Below, piece by piece: positions 22,458 through 34,247 of a stretch of DNA of 64,000 bases. Made by a program: the position numbers and the translations under genes. The notes below the pieces were generated by a model. That model worked only from the letters and a program-made list of their open reading frames with translations, searched no databases and was not told where the DNA came from. How positions within the stretch are numbered: the stretch's first letter is position 1; every line of letters begins with the position of its first letter. The stretch is from a plasmid: the sequence record NZ_CP128202.1; one strand, 5' to 3'.

Positions 22458-23056
22458 TGAAGTGTCCAGTCTGGCTGGAGCAGATCATCATTGGTGTTAC
22501 CACTCAGTGCTTGCATGTAAACAGGAATACCTGCTTGGTTTTCACAGATGAGTTCAAGCACGACTTGGTTAAGCTCTGGCCTATGATCCCGACTATAACC
22601 TCTTACAAGCTTAATCACGTTGGTGTTTTCATCTTGTGCATACTCACCATCAACGTGGAAGCTAGTGATATCAAGATGAACAGAATCGGTCGTCAAGCCC
22701 AGTTTATCAACAACACGCTCAGCAATAACCTGATAGAGCGCTGAGACATCGGCTTCGTATAGAGCATCTAATGTGCGGCCTAGTACATCATCAGTCAGGT
22801 GGTGTGCTTCAATGTCTTTGGCGAGTAGCTTAGATACAGGCTTGGTCTTAAAAAAGTCCGAGAACATGTGCAGTGTTCTGCTATGAAAGCCAAGTCCATT
22901 TAGGAGCATGGCCAATACCGCGTCACCATGAGAAACATTGTGGTCAGAATATTTTGGGATAACGGCATCTATCATCCGTGGCAGGCCAATTTCGTGACAA
23001 AAGGCGGCAATGAGACCAAGGTGATCTAAGCGTTTAATAACAGGATGGGTAGACAT
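22454..23056 (-). pseudogene. DUF4277-type (IS1634/IS4-like) transposase N-terminal fragment, truncated by the IS3 insertion
   Basis: The 200-aa ORF has its last about 10 codons encoded by the IS3 terminus. The N-terminus is nearly identical to the fragment at 14464..14825. Confidence 0.6.
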
Positions 23057-23328
23057 ATTTTGAGACCGTCAAATAGCAGTAATAGATCAAAACTGTCGAT
23101 CGCGGTCAAGATGGTGTCGTAGTTTTTATGAAAAGCTGATCGCCAGATCACACTATTTAAATTCTGGAATTAGCTGCGGAATAACGGATAGAATGGTCCA
23201 TCACTGGCATGGGCGGGCAAGATGAATAGCAAGAAAATAATGATTGGGATGGTCACCCATGGGATGAACCAAGGGAGAGTGTCCTGAATTCTGTGTAACT
23301 GTCTAGACTTAAGCCTTAAAGGCTAAGG

Positions 23329-23690
23329 ATGGACAATATGGATAAGAAAGCACTCGAAGCTTTTGCTCGTGAAGCAGCAAAGTCAATTAAGACAGAATCT
23401 GATCTTGATGACTTCCGAAAAATGTTAACCAAGGTGACCGTTGAAACGGCGTTAAACGCTGAACTCGATGAGCACCTTGGATATCAAAAACACCAATCTA
23501 GAACCAGCTCCAACTCCCGCAATGGTTACTCGGGTAAGTCAATCATCACCGATGATGGAGAGGTCGATATCGACGTCCCTCGCGACCGTGAAGCCAGCTT
23601 TGAACCTCAACTCGTCCGCAAGCACCAAACTCGATTCCAATCCATGGACGACAAGATATTGAGCCTATACGGGGTTCTAGGGATTTTCCC
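23329..23690 (+). pseudogene. IS256-family transposase, N-terminal part
   Basis: MDNMDKKALEAFAREAAK...DDKILSLY then breaks at the TATAC insertion site. Confidence 0.7.
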
Positions 23691-24122
23691 CTCTAAAGTA
23701 ACATAGAATGCTACAGGCTTTGTATTATATAGCCTCCAGCTGTGGGTTACTTTCGTTTCCAAGCTTAATCATCCACGATTGGCTTCGTAATTTCACTAAT
23801 ATCAGGCAATTTTCCGGTATTGGTGAAGTTATACGTCCCGCTTAAGTTGATATTTTGCCATGCAACGGGCGAAACAGCACGAGTGATAGCCGCTTTTTCT
23901 TCATCACCTGTCGCTTCAAAGTGTCCCAGAAGATGACTCAGTATCGCGGAGTTGAAGTAGATGAGCGCATTGGCAAGCAATCTTGCGCATTCATTCCAGA
24001 TAGCGATTTCAGACTCGTTTTTGCCACGGAACTGATCACCATTCACCGACGCAATGGCTCGTCTAAGGAAGTGCCATGCTTCTCCCCGGTTCAGGGCACG
24101 TTGCACATACTGCCGCAAACTG
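23671..24122 (-). mobile_element. Solo left-end fragment of the Tn3-family element (27-bp IR plus about 420 bp of tnpA 3' end)
   Basis: The IR GGGGTTCTAGGGATTTTCCCCTCTAAA at 23671-23697 is followed by a near-identical copy of the last 117 codons of tnpA. Confidence 0.6.
23765..24118 (-). pseudogene. Duplicated 3' fragment of Tn3-family tnpA
   Basis: 117 aa, more than 95% identical to the C-terminus of ORF 24216..25805. Confidence 0.7.
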
Positions 24123-27100
24123 GGGTTCTAGGGATTTTCCCCTCTAAAAAGACATAATCCTCTGTAGACCACACCAATAAATGGCTGCGGAGGTGGTTTA
24201 CTTTCAGCTTGGAGCCTAATCATCCACTATCGGCCTTGTTATTTCGCCAATATTGGGCAATTTCCCAGTATTAGTGAAGTTATACGTTCCGCTTAAGTTG
24301 ATATTTTGCCACGCAACGGGCGAAACAGCACGAGTGATACCCGCTTTCTCTTCATCTCCTCTCGCTTCAAAGTGTCCCAGAAGATGACTCAGTATCGCGG
24401 AGTTGAAGTAGATGATCGCGTTGGCAAGCAATCTTGCGCATTCATTCCAGATAGCGATTTCAGACTCGTTTTTGCCACGGAACTGATCACCATTCACCGA
24501 CGCAATGGCTCGTCTAAGGAAGTGCCATGCTTCTCCCCGGTTCAGGGCACGTTGCACATACTGCCGCAAACTGGCATCGTCGATGTAGTCAAGTAAATAT
24601 TGCGCTTTAACCAGTCGATTATACTCCGTCAGAGCCTGTAATATTGGGTGTCCAGAAGGGTAACCAGACAACTTTCTTACCAGCATTGCTTGTGTCGTCC
24701 GCTTTGTCTGAAGTGACAGAACAATACGCCTGATATCTTGCCATCCCGTTGTAATAACATTCGTTCTGATAGGCTTCTTTAGCGCCAGTATGGTGCTGCC
24801 TTGTTCACTTTCAGTCACATCAAACAGATCATTGATGACACTACTGAACTGCGCGTATCGCGGTGCAAAACTGTAACCGCATAGATCCAGTAAGGCGAAG
24901 TTAACATGATTGACACCGTGTGTATCTGTCGAGAGTACGTCAGGTTTGATTTCACTGCTGTTGGATTGTAACAGGTCATAAATATAGTGTGATTCGTGCT
25001 CGTTGGAACCGATGATCCGAGCATTGAGGGCGCTGTGGTTGGCCACCAGTGTCATGGCCGTGATCCCTTTGTTGGTGCCGAAATACTTAGAGGAGTACCG
25101 GGTTTTAAAGGTTTCCAGATGGGTTTCGAATTTCTGACCATCCGCACTGGCATGCAGCTGGTCCTCCTGAATATGGTAGTGGCGGAAGATGGGTAGCGCT
25201 GCAACCGCATTATTGATCACGTCGCTGGCGTCATGCAGCGTTTCAGGCCGGATATAGTTGGCCTGCACCGTACTCAGGTGTTCATAGCTTCGATCGGAGA
25301 TCTGCGCCATGCCATACACACCACGGTGAGTGGCGTTGGCAATCAGAATGGCCAGTAAATCATCCTGATGAGTGAACCCTTGTTTTTGTATCGGAAGTAC
25401 ATGAGTCAGACATTTCATGAACCCGGTTTCGCGCTCTACATACCGCAGTACATCCGCGATACCGACCGGTTGCATTCGCTTAAAAAAGGGATTGTTGACC
25501 AGAGATGTAGCGCTTTTGGTCGGCAGACGCCAGCGGGTACCGGTACGATTTTTCATGATCACATTTCGATTGTCTCCCTCATCAATATGGAGAGCAACGT
25601 CTTTGAGTGCACTTTCCAGCCGGTGTTGTTTCTCCTGTAACAATAACTCTGCGGGCTGTTTTAGTCTGTCCAGTGTTGATGAGGCCAGCAAGGTATCCTG
25701 CGATGTCTGGGGATCAGGTCGTCTTCCAGTGCGCGGTATTTGGTAACATTTGGCAAATAAATGCGTCCATTCAGTCGTGAGGTTAACTGCCGGTAGAGCA
25801 GCCATTCGTAACGTTGCGGGTTAACGTTATCCTGTTTAACCAACCATGGGAGGTGCTTTTTCGGGATGAGCGACGTATCCATCGTCTTCAGTGGTCCACC
25901 GAATGCGATTTCCGTCTGCATCTGTTGAAGTTGGGCGACGACGGCTTCTGAGCCTTTACCGGCCTCACATTCAAGGCACAAGAACACCTGCCTTAACAGT
26001 TGCTCCAGGAGATTGCATTGTTCATCGTAATGTTGCCACTGGTACTCTTCCACGGTCCGTTTCTGTTTTTTCAGGTAAAGGCAGAGGGTCTGGATATCCC
26101 TGTCATTCATGACCTTCAATGCCTGTTGTCTGACTACTGAGAAGGGCTGATTGTCATCAATATTCTCGTCAACAAACAGGTGAAGTAGCTCTGCCGCTTT
26201 CGTGACATTGTCCGCAGCTGACTGCCAGGACAGGAACACTGCTTGTTGTGCAAAGGCGTTGGCGGCTTCCTGTTGTTTTCGGATATGGTAAACAAACCCA
26301 TCCGTCAGGCGCTCCAGTGCAAGTTGCATGCGCTCTGTCAGATGACACAGTAACCACAGGTGCTGCTGTGAGCGTTTGAAGCGCCGCACTTTACTGCCGT
26401 AGTAATCAATAAGGCCGCTGAAGTGTTGTCGATTTTTTAGCGACAGATTGAGCCTGTCCACAACGTCATTTATTTGCGTGTGCCATGGTGCTAACCGGTG
26501 GTAAATGGCGAGCTCTTTTTTAAGCTCAGGCACGGTCAGACTTTTGGCACCACCCCTGAGATGGCTCAGACTCAGCCCGTCGTCTTTAGTAGTGATTATG
26601 TTGTCCAGAAAGACGTTAAGTTCATTACTGGTAAGTTGATTCAGTTGGAGCGTCAGGTCTTTTCTGACCTGTTGCATTGTGCGGCTTATCAGTCTTTGAA
26701 GCACGGAGTACTTAGGAATGGCAATGTTATGGCTGGCAAGGTATTCAATGGCCGCATCAAAGAGGTGTCGAGGCTCCAGCCAGGCATGACCAATGTAAAC
26801 CAGGTGGTGGCACAGAGCATTGAGGTGCTGTTTTTCATTCCACTTATTGTAATTTAGTAGACGCAGTATCCTTGAGTAAATACGGTCACGCTGCATTTTA
26901 CTGACACTGAAAGGCCTGATCCCTTTACCTCTTTGAATTTGGGAGGCAATAAACTGCATGTCGATACTGATATCACGGAAACTCGGAGCAATGATCACTG
27001 GCTTAGATTTAAAATAGCCCAGAAGCGCCACGAAATAACAACGATGTTTAGTAAGCCTGATAGTACGGCATTCGGCCTGTTCTACATCGTTTAGCGAAAA

Positions 27101-27334
27101 ATACAAACGTTGTTCCTCAATAGAAAACTGAGGTGCTGAATACAAGTCTCGTTGTTCTGCCTGAGTCAGAATCGAGAGTTCATTACTAATTGCCATGATG
27201 AATAAACGCCAATATGATTGATGGTGTTTATATAAGATGGCAGAATATTGGAAGGTAACCCACCGCCACAGACCATATAATATAATACCTGTAGCGTTCT
27301 ATGTTACTTTAGAGGGGAAAATCCCTAGAACCCC
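24123..27334 (-). mobile_element. Tn3-family transposase-only element (3.2 kb, IS1071-like organisation)
   Basis: The IR GGGGTTCTAGGGATTTTCCCCTCTAAA sits at 24123 and inverted at 27308-27334. Together with the adjacent 452-bp fragment, the insertion is flanked by 5-bp direct repeats TATAC at 23666-70 and 27335-39. Confidence 0.7.
24216..27196 (-). pseudogene. tnpA: Tn3-family transposase TnpA, split by a frameshift in the 25661..25805 overlap
   Basis: The 511-aa N-terminal ORF plus the 529-aa C-terminal ORF make about 1000 aa. The C-terminal part aligns with Tn3 TnpA (KYFGTNKGIT...GYSFAPRYAQ...YLLDYIDDASLRQ..LNRGEAWH). Confidence 0.75.
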
Positions 27335-27348
27335 TATACGCGAAAGGC

Positions 27349-28215
27349 ATGACCACACGTGAAATCGTCGCAACGTTCAAGGAAATGTATGATGCTGATG
27401 TCTCACCAACGCTGATATCGAAAGTAACCGACTCGGTGCTTGAGCAAGTGATTGAATGGCAGTCGCGACCTCTCGACGAAATTTACCCTATCGTTTATCT
27501 CGATTGCATCGTGGTTAAGGTGCGTCAAGACAAGCAAGTCATCAACAAAGCGGTCTATCTTGCGTTAGGCGTCAACATGGAAGGCCAAAAAGAACTGCTC
27601 GGTATGTGGCTCTCTGAAACAGAAGGTGCCAAGTTCTGGCTTAACGTGCTGACTGAACTTCAAAACCGTGGGGTAAAAGACATCCTTATCGCTTGCGTTG
27701 ACGGACTAAAAGGCTTTCCTGACGCCATCAACACTGCGTTCCCAGAGACGCAAATACAGCTCTGTATCGTCCACATGGTGCGAAACTCGGTCAAGTACGT
27801 CCCTTGGAAAGACTATAAAGCGGTGACGACTGACCTGAAGAAAATCTACCAATCAGCCACAGAAGATGAGGCTCTGCTGGCTCTAGCGCAGTTCTCTGAC
27901 CGATGGGATAGTAAGTATCCTCAAATCAGTCGCTCTTGGACGGCGCATTGGGACAACCTCAACCCCCTGTTTAACTACCCAGAGGATATTCGCCGAGCCA
28001 TTTACACGACTAACGCCATTGAATCCCTCAACAGCGTTATTAGAAAAGCGATTAAGAAGCGCAAGCTCTTCCCAACGGATGAATCAGCTAGAAAGGTGAT
28101 CTACCTGGCTATCCGAGATGCTTCCAAGAAATGGACGATGCCGATCAGAAACTGGCGACAAGCTCTAAACCGCTTTATGATTATGTTCGAAGACCGACTC
28201 ACTCAATACATGTAA
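27349..28215 (+). pseudogene. IS256-family transposase, C-terminal part
   Basis: MTTREIVATFKEMY...DGLKGF...CIVHMVRNS are mutator-family motifs. It continues the N-terminal fragment across the Tn3-family insertion. Confidence 0.7.
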
Positions 28216-28576
28216 CCCCGACAGTTACACAGAATTATTTACAGGGTCAACCAAGGGAACAAGGGGGTTCTCATTGTCAGCTCCAGAAAATTTCATAGAG
28301 CTAACATGCTAATGATCCCGGTAAGAGCGATTGGCCAGATAGATGAATGAATCGTGTGTTTTTCTGACTAGCTGTTGTGACCAGTAACAACAGCTAATTT
28401 TAACGAGCCAAATTTATGATTGGACCGCTTTGAGCGAATTGCGGAAATTTCTCTTCGTATCATAGTGCTCATTCAAAAGTATGCTTTGTTTGATATAGCG
28501 GGCATTACCTTTTCGGATTTTATTGCCCATAAACTACTAAATTAAAACCCGCTTAATGTACCTTACTAATTATCTT

Positions 28577-31500
28577 TTAAAAATGCAGCTCTTCTATCCG
28601 ACACGGTTTTCCGTATAAATAGCCTTGATAGGTGTGACACCCCATACTCTGCAATAACGCGCGCTGAGCTTCTGTTTCAACACCCTCAGCTATGACTTGC
28701 AGTTCAATTGAGTCGGCTAATGTTATAACTGCCTGAGCGATGGCCCTATCATTACTGCTATTGATAATATCTCGAACAAACCCTTGGTCAATTTTCAACT
28801 GATTTATAGGCAATTGTTTTAAGTAGGATAAGGATGAATAGCCTGTACCAAAATCATCGATTGAAAAAGTCACGCCGTGCTGCTGCAACTCTTTCATCTT
28901 AGCTTTAACATCAGGAATGTTATTTGCGAGCAACGTTTCCGTAATTTCCAGCTTTAGCAACTGTGGATTTGCACCTGAGGTTTTCAATGCATTTAAAACA
29001 GTCTGAACAAAATTATCTTTGCTAAATTGAACTACGCTTATGTTAACCGCAATGCTTAGGTGTTGTTTTTCGGATTCTAAAGACCATTTTGCCAGAGTGG
29101 CGCAAGCTTCCTCTAGCACCCACTCGCCAATGGGCACAATAAGACCTGTTTCCTCCGCTAATGGGATAAATTGCAGTGGCGACACCATGCCTTTTTCTGG
29201 GTGTATCCAGCGTAACAATACCTCAACACCAATACACTGCTTCAGGTGATTGACCTGTTTTTGATAGAAAAGTACAAATTGTTGGCTTTGTATTGCGGAG
29301 TATAAATCACTCACAATTGACGCTCTTGAGCTTACTGAGACTTGCATTTGCGGGTCAAAAAACTGCACACCATTTCGGCCAGCATATTTAGCCTTGTACA
29401 TAGCCATATCAGCTTGCTTTAACAAATCTTCTTTGGGTAGATTTTCACTGTTAAAAAGTGTTACACCAATGCTTGCCGAACTATTGTAAGTTAGACCGTC
29501 AAGATTATATTCCCTTGTTAAATTACTCACGATTTTTTGTGCAAGCCTCTCAGCCTGGTTCGCTGCTAATGTTGGTTCATGACTTAAATCTGATGCAATA
29601 ATAACAAACTCATCGCCGCCTAAACGCGCTACGGTATCACCTTGTCTCACTGAGTTAACAAGACGCTCAGCGACCTGACCCAACAGCAAATCACCTTTAT
29701 TATGACCAGCACTATCATTAAGGTTTTTAAAGTTATCTAAATCAAGAAAAAATAATGCTGAGAAGTTCCTTGTACGAACGCTATGATTTATAGCTTCCGT
29801 CAATCTGTCCAACAACAGACGTCGATTAGGTAGCAATGTTAATGGGTCATAAAATGCTAACTGGTGAATTTCATTTTCACGTTGTTTACGCTCAGTGATA
29901 TCCCTGACAACACCGATAAAGTTAACTTCACCAGCCATTTGAACTTCAACTATACTAAGCTCGATTGGAAACATAGAACCATCTTTGCGCAAGGCCTCAA
30001 GCTCACGAATACGCCCAGTAATCTCACTGACACCACGTTCTATATAATTTGATAAGTAGCTATCGTGATGCTCTCGATGAGGTGACCCCATCAACATGCT
30101 AATATTTTTGCCAAGCGTTTCATCTTCCGTATAGCCGAAGATTTCCTGTGCGGCTTGGTTAAATGTCAGAATTTTACCACGACCATCAATAGTAATAATG
30201 CCATCAAGCAACCCTTCAACAACAGCTTCCATCTGCCTTGACTTATCACTAAGCGCTTTTTCTGCAATTATTTGGTCATTGATATCAAAGTGTGTACCCA
30301 ATAACCATAGAGCTTTGCCATCATATATCCTTGAAGAAATACGCCCTCTGGTGTTTATCCATATCCATTCACCATTTTTGTGTTTCATACGAAGATTGGC
30401 TTCATATATGGGTATTAGGCCTGACACGTGCTTTTCAAGAATAGTTGTACAATAAGCCAGGTCATCAGGATGCGTTAGCCTTTCCCACGTGTATCTGTTT
30501 GCAGGTAATAGCTCAGAAAGTGTGTAACCCAGTAATGCGGCCCATTTATCATTGATAATCAACTCGCCTGTTTGAATATTAAAATGCCATGTGCCTATAT
30601 TGTTAGCGTCTATTACGGCCTTAAGTAAATTCTGACTGTTCCTTATGAGCTCTTCATCCTGTTTCTCTTTTGTAATATCTGTTTCAATTGCAATATAGCC
30701 GCTCAAACTACCACTTTCACTAAACAGCGGGTTACAAGCTATTCTCACCCAGTAGGAATTTTGCGCTTTTGAATAATTTACAACATCAACATTAAAGCCG
30801 TTCTGTTGAGCAAGCGCATCTCTCATTATTGCAACAGTTGCCGGATCAGTGTCTTCCCCTTGTAATAACTCCCCAGGCTTTTTACCCTGCATTTCTTCAA
30901 TGCTATATCCTGTAAGAAAGGAGAAGGCTTCATTAATCCATATAACTCGACCTTTGACATCAGTTATTACCACACCATTGGTTGTCTGCCTTGCAACTTC
31001 AGAAAGGCGTCTTATTTCTGACTGCGCTTCAACTTGTGCAGAGGTATTACGAATGACCACTAATACTTCATTATCATCAATCTTTTTGTATCGGGCTTCG
31101 AACGATTGATTTGACTTTTCAAACGTGTAGTTATGATGAATCACATCGTTGTTACAAAAGGCTTGCTTGAGGCACTCTACGAGTTGATGACCTAGCTCAT
31201 TGGGTAGTATCTCATGAACGGTACGCCCCAAAATCGCTTGTTGAGGTTTAAGTAAGTCAGGATGCTCTTTGCAAACCAAAAAACGAAAGTTTCGGTCAAT
31301 AACAAATACCATATCAGGCAGTGTTGCCAGTATTGAGGTTGTTCTTGCCATGCCTTTTAAAAACTGCTCTTGAAGTCGAGCTTGATCTTCTTTGGCAATT
31401 TCATACTCAACCATGTCTGCAAATTCGCGCAGTTCTTGCTGCTCTTTTGCTGAAAAGTCTCTGGCCACGGAGTCAATTAGACATAGAGTGCCGATGGGTT

Positions 31501-31870
31501 GCCCACTTGTCTCTCGCAGCGGTGCACCCGCATAAAAACGAATATGCGGCGCGTGGGTTACTAAAGGATTTGACGAAAAGCGCTCATCTTTTGTTGCATC
31601 TGAAACAATTAAAATATCCTCATGCAATATCGCATGGCCACAAAATGAGATATCACGGCCTGTTTCACAAGCGTCAAGACCCACTTTAGATTTAAACCAT
31701 TGCCGGTCACTATCCACCAAAGAGATAAGGCATATTGGCACTTTAAATACAGACGCGGCTAATCTTGTAATGCGGTCAAAGCGCTTCTCTGCTGGCGTAT
31801 CCAGCAAATTACTTCGCTGTAATGCAAGTAAACGAGCAGCTTCATCAACAGGGAATTCAGGTGCGTTCAA
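28577..31870 (-). CDS. GAF-PAS-PAS-PAS-GGDEF-EAL multidomain c-di-GMP signalling protein
   Basis: 1097 aa. An N-terminal GAF domain is followed by three PAS/PAC modules, a GGDEF domain (RLGGDEF) and an EAL domain (EVLLRW..., AEGVETEAQRALL). Confidence 0.85.
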   Translation of the reverse strand: MNAPEFPVDEAARLLALQRSNLLDTPAEKRFDRITRLAASVFKVPICLISLVDSDRQWFKSKVGLDACETGRDISFCGHAILHEDILIVSDATKDERFSSNPLVTHAPHIRFYAGAPLRETSGQPIGTLCLIDSVARDFSAKEQQELREFADMVEYEIAKEDQARLQEQFLKGMARTTSILATLPDMVFVIDRNFRFLVCKEHPDLLKPQQAILGRTVHEILPNELGHQLVECLKQAFCNNDVIHHNYTFEKSNQSFEARYKKIDDNEVLVVIRNTSAQVEAQSEIRRLSEVARQTTNGVVITDVKGRVIWINEAFSFLTGYSIEEMQGKKPGELLQGEDTDPATVAIMRDALAQQNGFNVDVVNYSKAQNSYWVRIACNPLFSESGSLSGYIAIETDITKEKQDEELIRNSQNLLKAVIDANNIGTWHFNIQTGELIINDKWAALLGYTLSELLPANRYTWERLTHPDDLAYCTTILEKHVSGLIPIYEANLRMKHKNGEWIWINTRGRISSRIYDGKALWLLGTHFDINDQIIAEKALSDKSRQMEAVVEGLLDGIITIDGRGKILTFNQAAQEIFGYTEDETLGKNISMLMGSPHREHHDSYLSNYIERGVSEITGRIRELEALRKDGSMFPIELSIVEVQMAGEVNFIGVVRDITERKQRENEIHQLAFYDPLTLLPNRRLLLDRLTEAINHSVRTRNFSALFFLDLDNFKNLNDSAGHNKGDLLLGQVAERLVNSVRQGDTVARLGGDEFVIIASDLSHEPTLAANQAERLAQKIVSNLTREYNLDGLTYNSSASIGVTLFNSENLPKEDLLKQADMAMYKAKYAGRNGVQFFDPQMQVSVSSRASIVSDLYSAIQSQQFVLFYQKQVNHLKQCIGVEVLLRWIHPEKGMVSPLQFIPLAEETGLIVPIGEWVLEEACATLAKWSLESEKQHLSIAVNISVVQFSKDNFVQTVLNALKTSGANPQLLKLEITETLLANNIPDVKAKMKELQQHGVTFSIDDFGTGYSSLSYLKQLPINQLKIDQGFVRDIINSSNDRAIAQAVITLADSIELQVIAEGVETEAQRALLQSMGCHTYQGYLYGKPCRIEELHF

Positions 31871-31962
31871 AACGTTACTCCAATAATTTGCTGCTTAATC
31901 GATTATTATCAATTGTACTGCAAGAATACACTGTTAAATGTTTTAGGCTTTCACTTGAAAGA

Positions 31963-33516
31963 TTACCGCTTAAACCGTACTACCAGTTCATGAAGCTCAT
32001 CAGCAATCTTGTTCAAATAAATAATCGTCTCTGAAAGCTGCATCGAGCTGTCATTACTTAAATCGGCAAGCGTTGAAATATTTACTATTTGCCGGTTAAT
32101 GTCTTCAGCAACATGGGCTTGCTCTTCCACTGCTGCAGCCATTTGGGTCGACATAGAAGCGATTTGACCTATGGATTCTGAAATACCGCTTAACATTTTG
32201 CCGCTTTCAATAACATTAGAGAGTCCCTCTTCGGCATCAATAGCGCCTGCATCAGCGATTTTTACGGCATCACCTGCTCGATGAGTTAACTCGGTGACGA
32301 TACCGTAAATCTCTTTTGTCGACTCCTGAGTACGCCTTGCGAGATTTCTAACCTCATCTGCAACTACCGCAAAACCTCGCCCCTGCTCACCAGCACGAGC
32401 AGCTTCAATAGCGGCATTAAGCGCAAGAAGATTGGTTTGGTCGGCAATCTGCTCAATCATTTGTGCCGCATTGGCAATACGAGCGGTTTGTTCTGATACA
32501 CCGCGAACAGAGCTACCAATTTGCTCTACCGTGAGTTTTAACTTTTGAATAGAGCCCCTGGTTACATTAGCCACCTCATTACCCTTCGAGGCAAGATGAT
32601 TAGCGGTGTCAGCCTGTATTGCAGTATCACTGACATGCTTAGATACTTCAGCAATAGTCGTCGACATTTCGTTCATCGCGGTGGCGACTTGCATCGTTTC
32701 AGACTGCTGACTCTCTATATCTTTTCGCGTTTTTGCTGTGAGCTCCGCGCCTTTTTCAGACTCTTTGGCAACGACAAGCGCTGCACTTTCTATGCGGGTA
32801 ATCACCGTGCCTAAATGCGCTAACTGACTCAGAATAGCCACTTTTAGCTTACCTAAATCACCTGTTTCATCAGTGTAACTTTGTACTGCAAGTTCATCTG
32901 AAAATGCAAGATTGAGCATCTCGTTTAATGCATTCAGGGTTTTCTTTCTATTTAATGAGACCCAAAAGGCAAAGATGATGACAGAGACAAGCAAAGCTAA
33001 CTCAGAAAGCTCTTTGAAACCGAAGCCAAATAAACCAGCACAAATGGCGATAGATAAGATTAAAAAAGCATTTTCAAGTGATATGGGTAAAGCGGCGCGT
33101 TTCGTTTTGCCGGCATTGATATCACGATACAGCTTAGCTGCTCGTTCAACGTCTTGTCTTGATGGACAAGAGCGCACAGACTCATAACCGATCACCTTAC
33201 CGTTCTGTGTTACTGGCGTAACATAAGCGTTTACCCAGTAAAAATCGCCATTTTTACAACGATTTTTCACCAAGCCCATCCAAGGTTTTCCAGCTTTGAG
33301 GTAATGCCACATTTTTTCATATGCCTCTGAAGGCATATCAGGGTGCCTCACCACATTGTGAGGCTGCCCTATTAGCTCATGTTTTTCAAAACCACTGACT
33401 TCAACAAAGGCATCATTGCACTCAAGAATAGTCCCTTGAGTATCCGTGACTGAAATTAACTTAGTATTGCTTCCGAACGTTTTTTCTCTATCAGTAACAG
33501 GAAGGTTTTTACGCAT
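31963..33516 (-). CDS. PAS-domain methyl-accepting chemotaxis protein
   Basis: 517 aa. An N-terminal PAS domain (Aer-like) is followed by TM helices, HAMP and an MCP signalling domain ([30 protein letters not shown]). Confidence 0.85.
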   Translation of the reverse strand: MRKNLPVTDREKTFGSNTKLISVTDTQGTILECNDAFVEVSGFEKHELIGQPHNVVRHPDMPSEAYEKMWHYLKAGKPWMGLVKNRCKNGDFYWVNAYVTPVTQNGKVIGYESVRSCPSRQDVERAAKLYRDINAGKTKRAALPISLENAFLILSIAICAGLFGFGFKELSELALLVSVIIFAFWVSLNRKKTLNALNEMLNLAFSDELAVQSYTDETGDLGKLKVAILSQLAHLGTVITRIESAALVVAKESEKGAELTAKTRKDIESQQSETMQVATAMNEMSTTIAEVSKHVSDTAIQADTANHLASKGNEVANVTRGSIQKLKLTVEQIGSSVRGVSEQTARIANAAQMIEQIADQTNLLALNAAIEAARAGEQGRGFAVVADEVRNLARRTQESTKEIYGIVTELTHRAGDAVKIADAGAIDAEEGLSNVIESGKMLSGISESIGQIASMSTQMAAAVEEQAHVAEDINRQIVNISTLADLSNDSSMQLSETIIYLNKIADELHELVVRFKR

Positions 33517-33871
33517 GAATGTTCCTTATCGCAAAGTATTGAAAAACTAACCTAAATTGTAATATGGCGAGTTACTTAAAAATAGATAGTTAAAGCTCAA
33601 GATTCTCTGCAGACGCCAACGCACCTTGCCCATCAATCCCCAAATAGCGCACCGTACTCTCAATTTTATGAAATAAATTTTTATAGTGGCTTCCCGACAT
33701 TTTGAGAAACCATGACGTCTGGCCACTTGGTATTGATACAAAGCTCTCTAAAATAAAGTTCAAAAAAATACACGAATTGAGGAAGGCTTAATCAGTGAAT
33801 TCCGCTCTGCAACCGAAAGCTGACGTTCGTTGTGAAAGACTGAAATGTCAGCAACTGGCACATAAGTAATA

Positions 33872-34130
33872 TTGATCTGCTCCAGCCAGACTGGACACTT
33901 CATTAAGCGACATTTTGCTGTTCAAAGTTAACTGGGCTTAGATACCCAAGAGCACTGTGCCTTCTCGTCCGATTATAATCAACCTCTATGTACTCGAAGA
34001 CCGTTTGGCGCATCTCATCTCTCGTCATTATCGGTTCGTATTGAATCGCTTCTACTTTCATCGAATGAAAGAAGCTCTCAACACAAGCATTGTCCCAGCA
34101 GTTTCCTTTTCCCCGCTCCGGCATAAGCGA
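33872..34130 (-). mobile_element. 260-bp right-end fragment of the second-type IS3 element (OrfB 3' end plus terminus)
   Basis: ORF 33903..34175 carries ...[24 protein letters not shown]...FEQQNVA*, identical to the OrfB C-terminus at 22242..22457, and the same terminal sequence. The upstream sequence is unrelated. Confidence 0.65.
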
Positions 34131-34247
34131 ATCCCTTAACATTATCACCCGCCTGAACCGCATCAATGATGTCATTCATTTCCGGCGTAAGGTTGTGTTC
34201 TCCAATTGTTCGTTCTGAACTTTTTATTTCCATATATCACCTGCCTT

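Larger units (their letters stand above)
21250..22488 (+). mobile_element. IS3-family insertion sequence, second type; left end approximate
   Basis: OrfA and OrfB are present. The right terminus ...ctggagcagatca is defined by comparison with the fragment at 33872. The element is inserted into a DUF4277-type transposase gene. Confidence 0.55.
23288..28236 (+). mobile_element. IS256-family insertion sequence interrupted by a 3.66-kb insertion
   Basis: Terminal inverted repeats AATTCTGTGTAACTGTC lie at 23288.. and, reverse-complemented, at ..28236. About 1.28 kb would remain without the insert. Confidence 0.6.
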
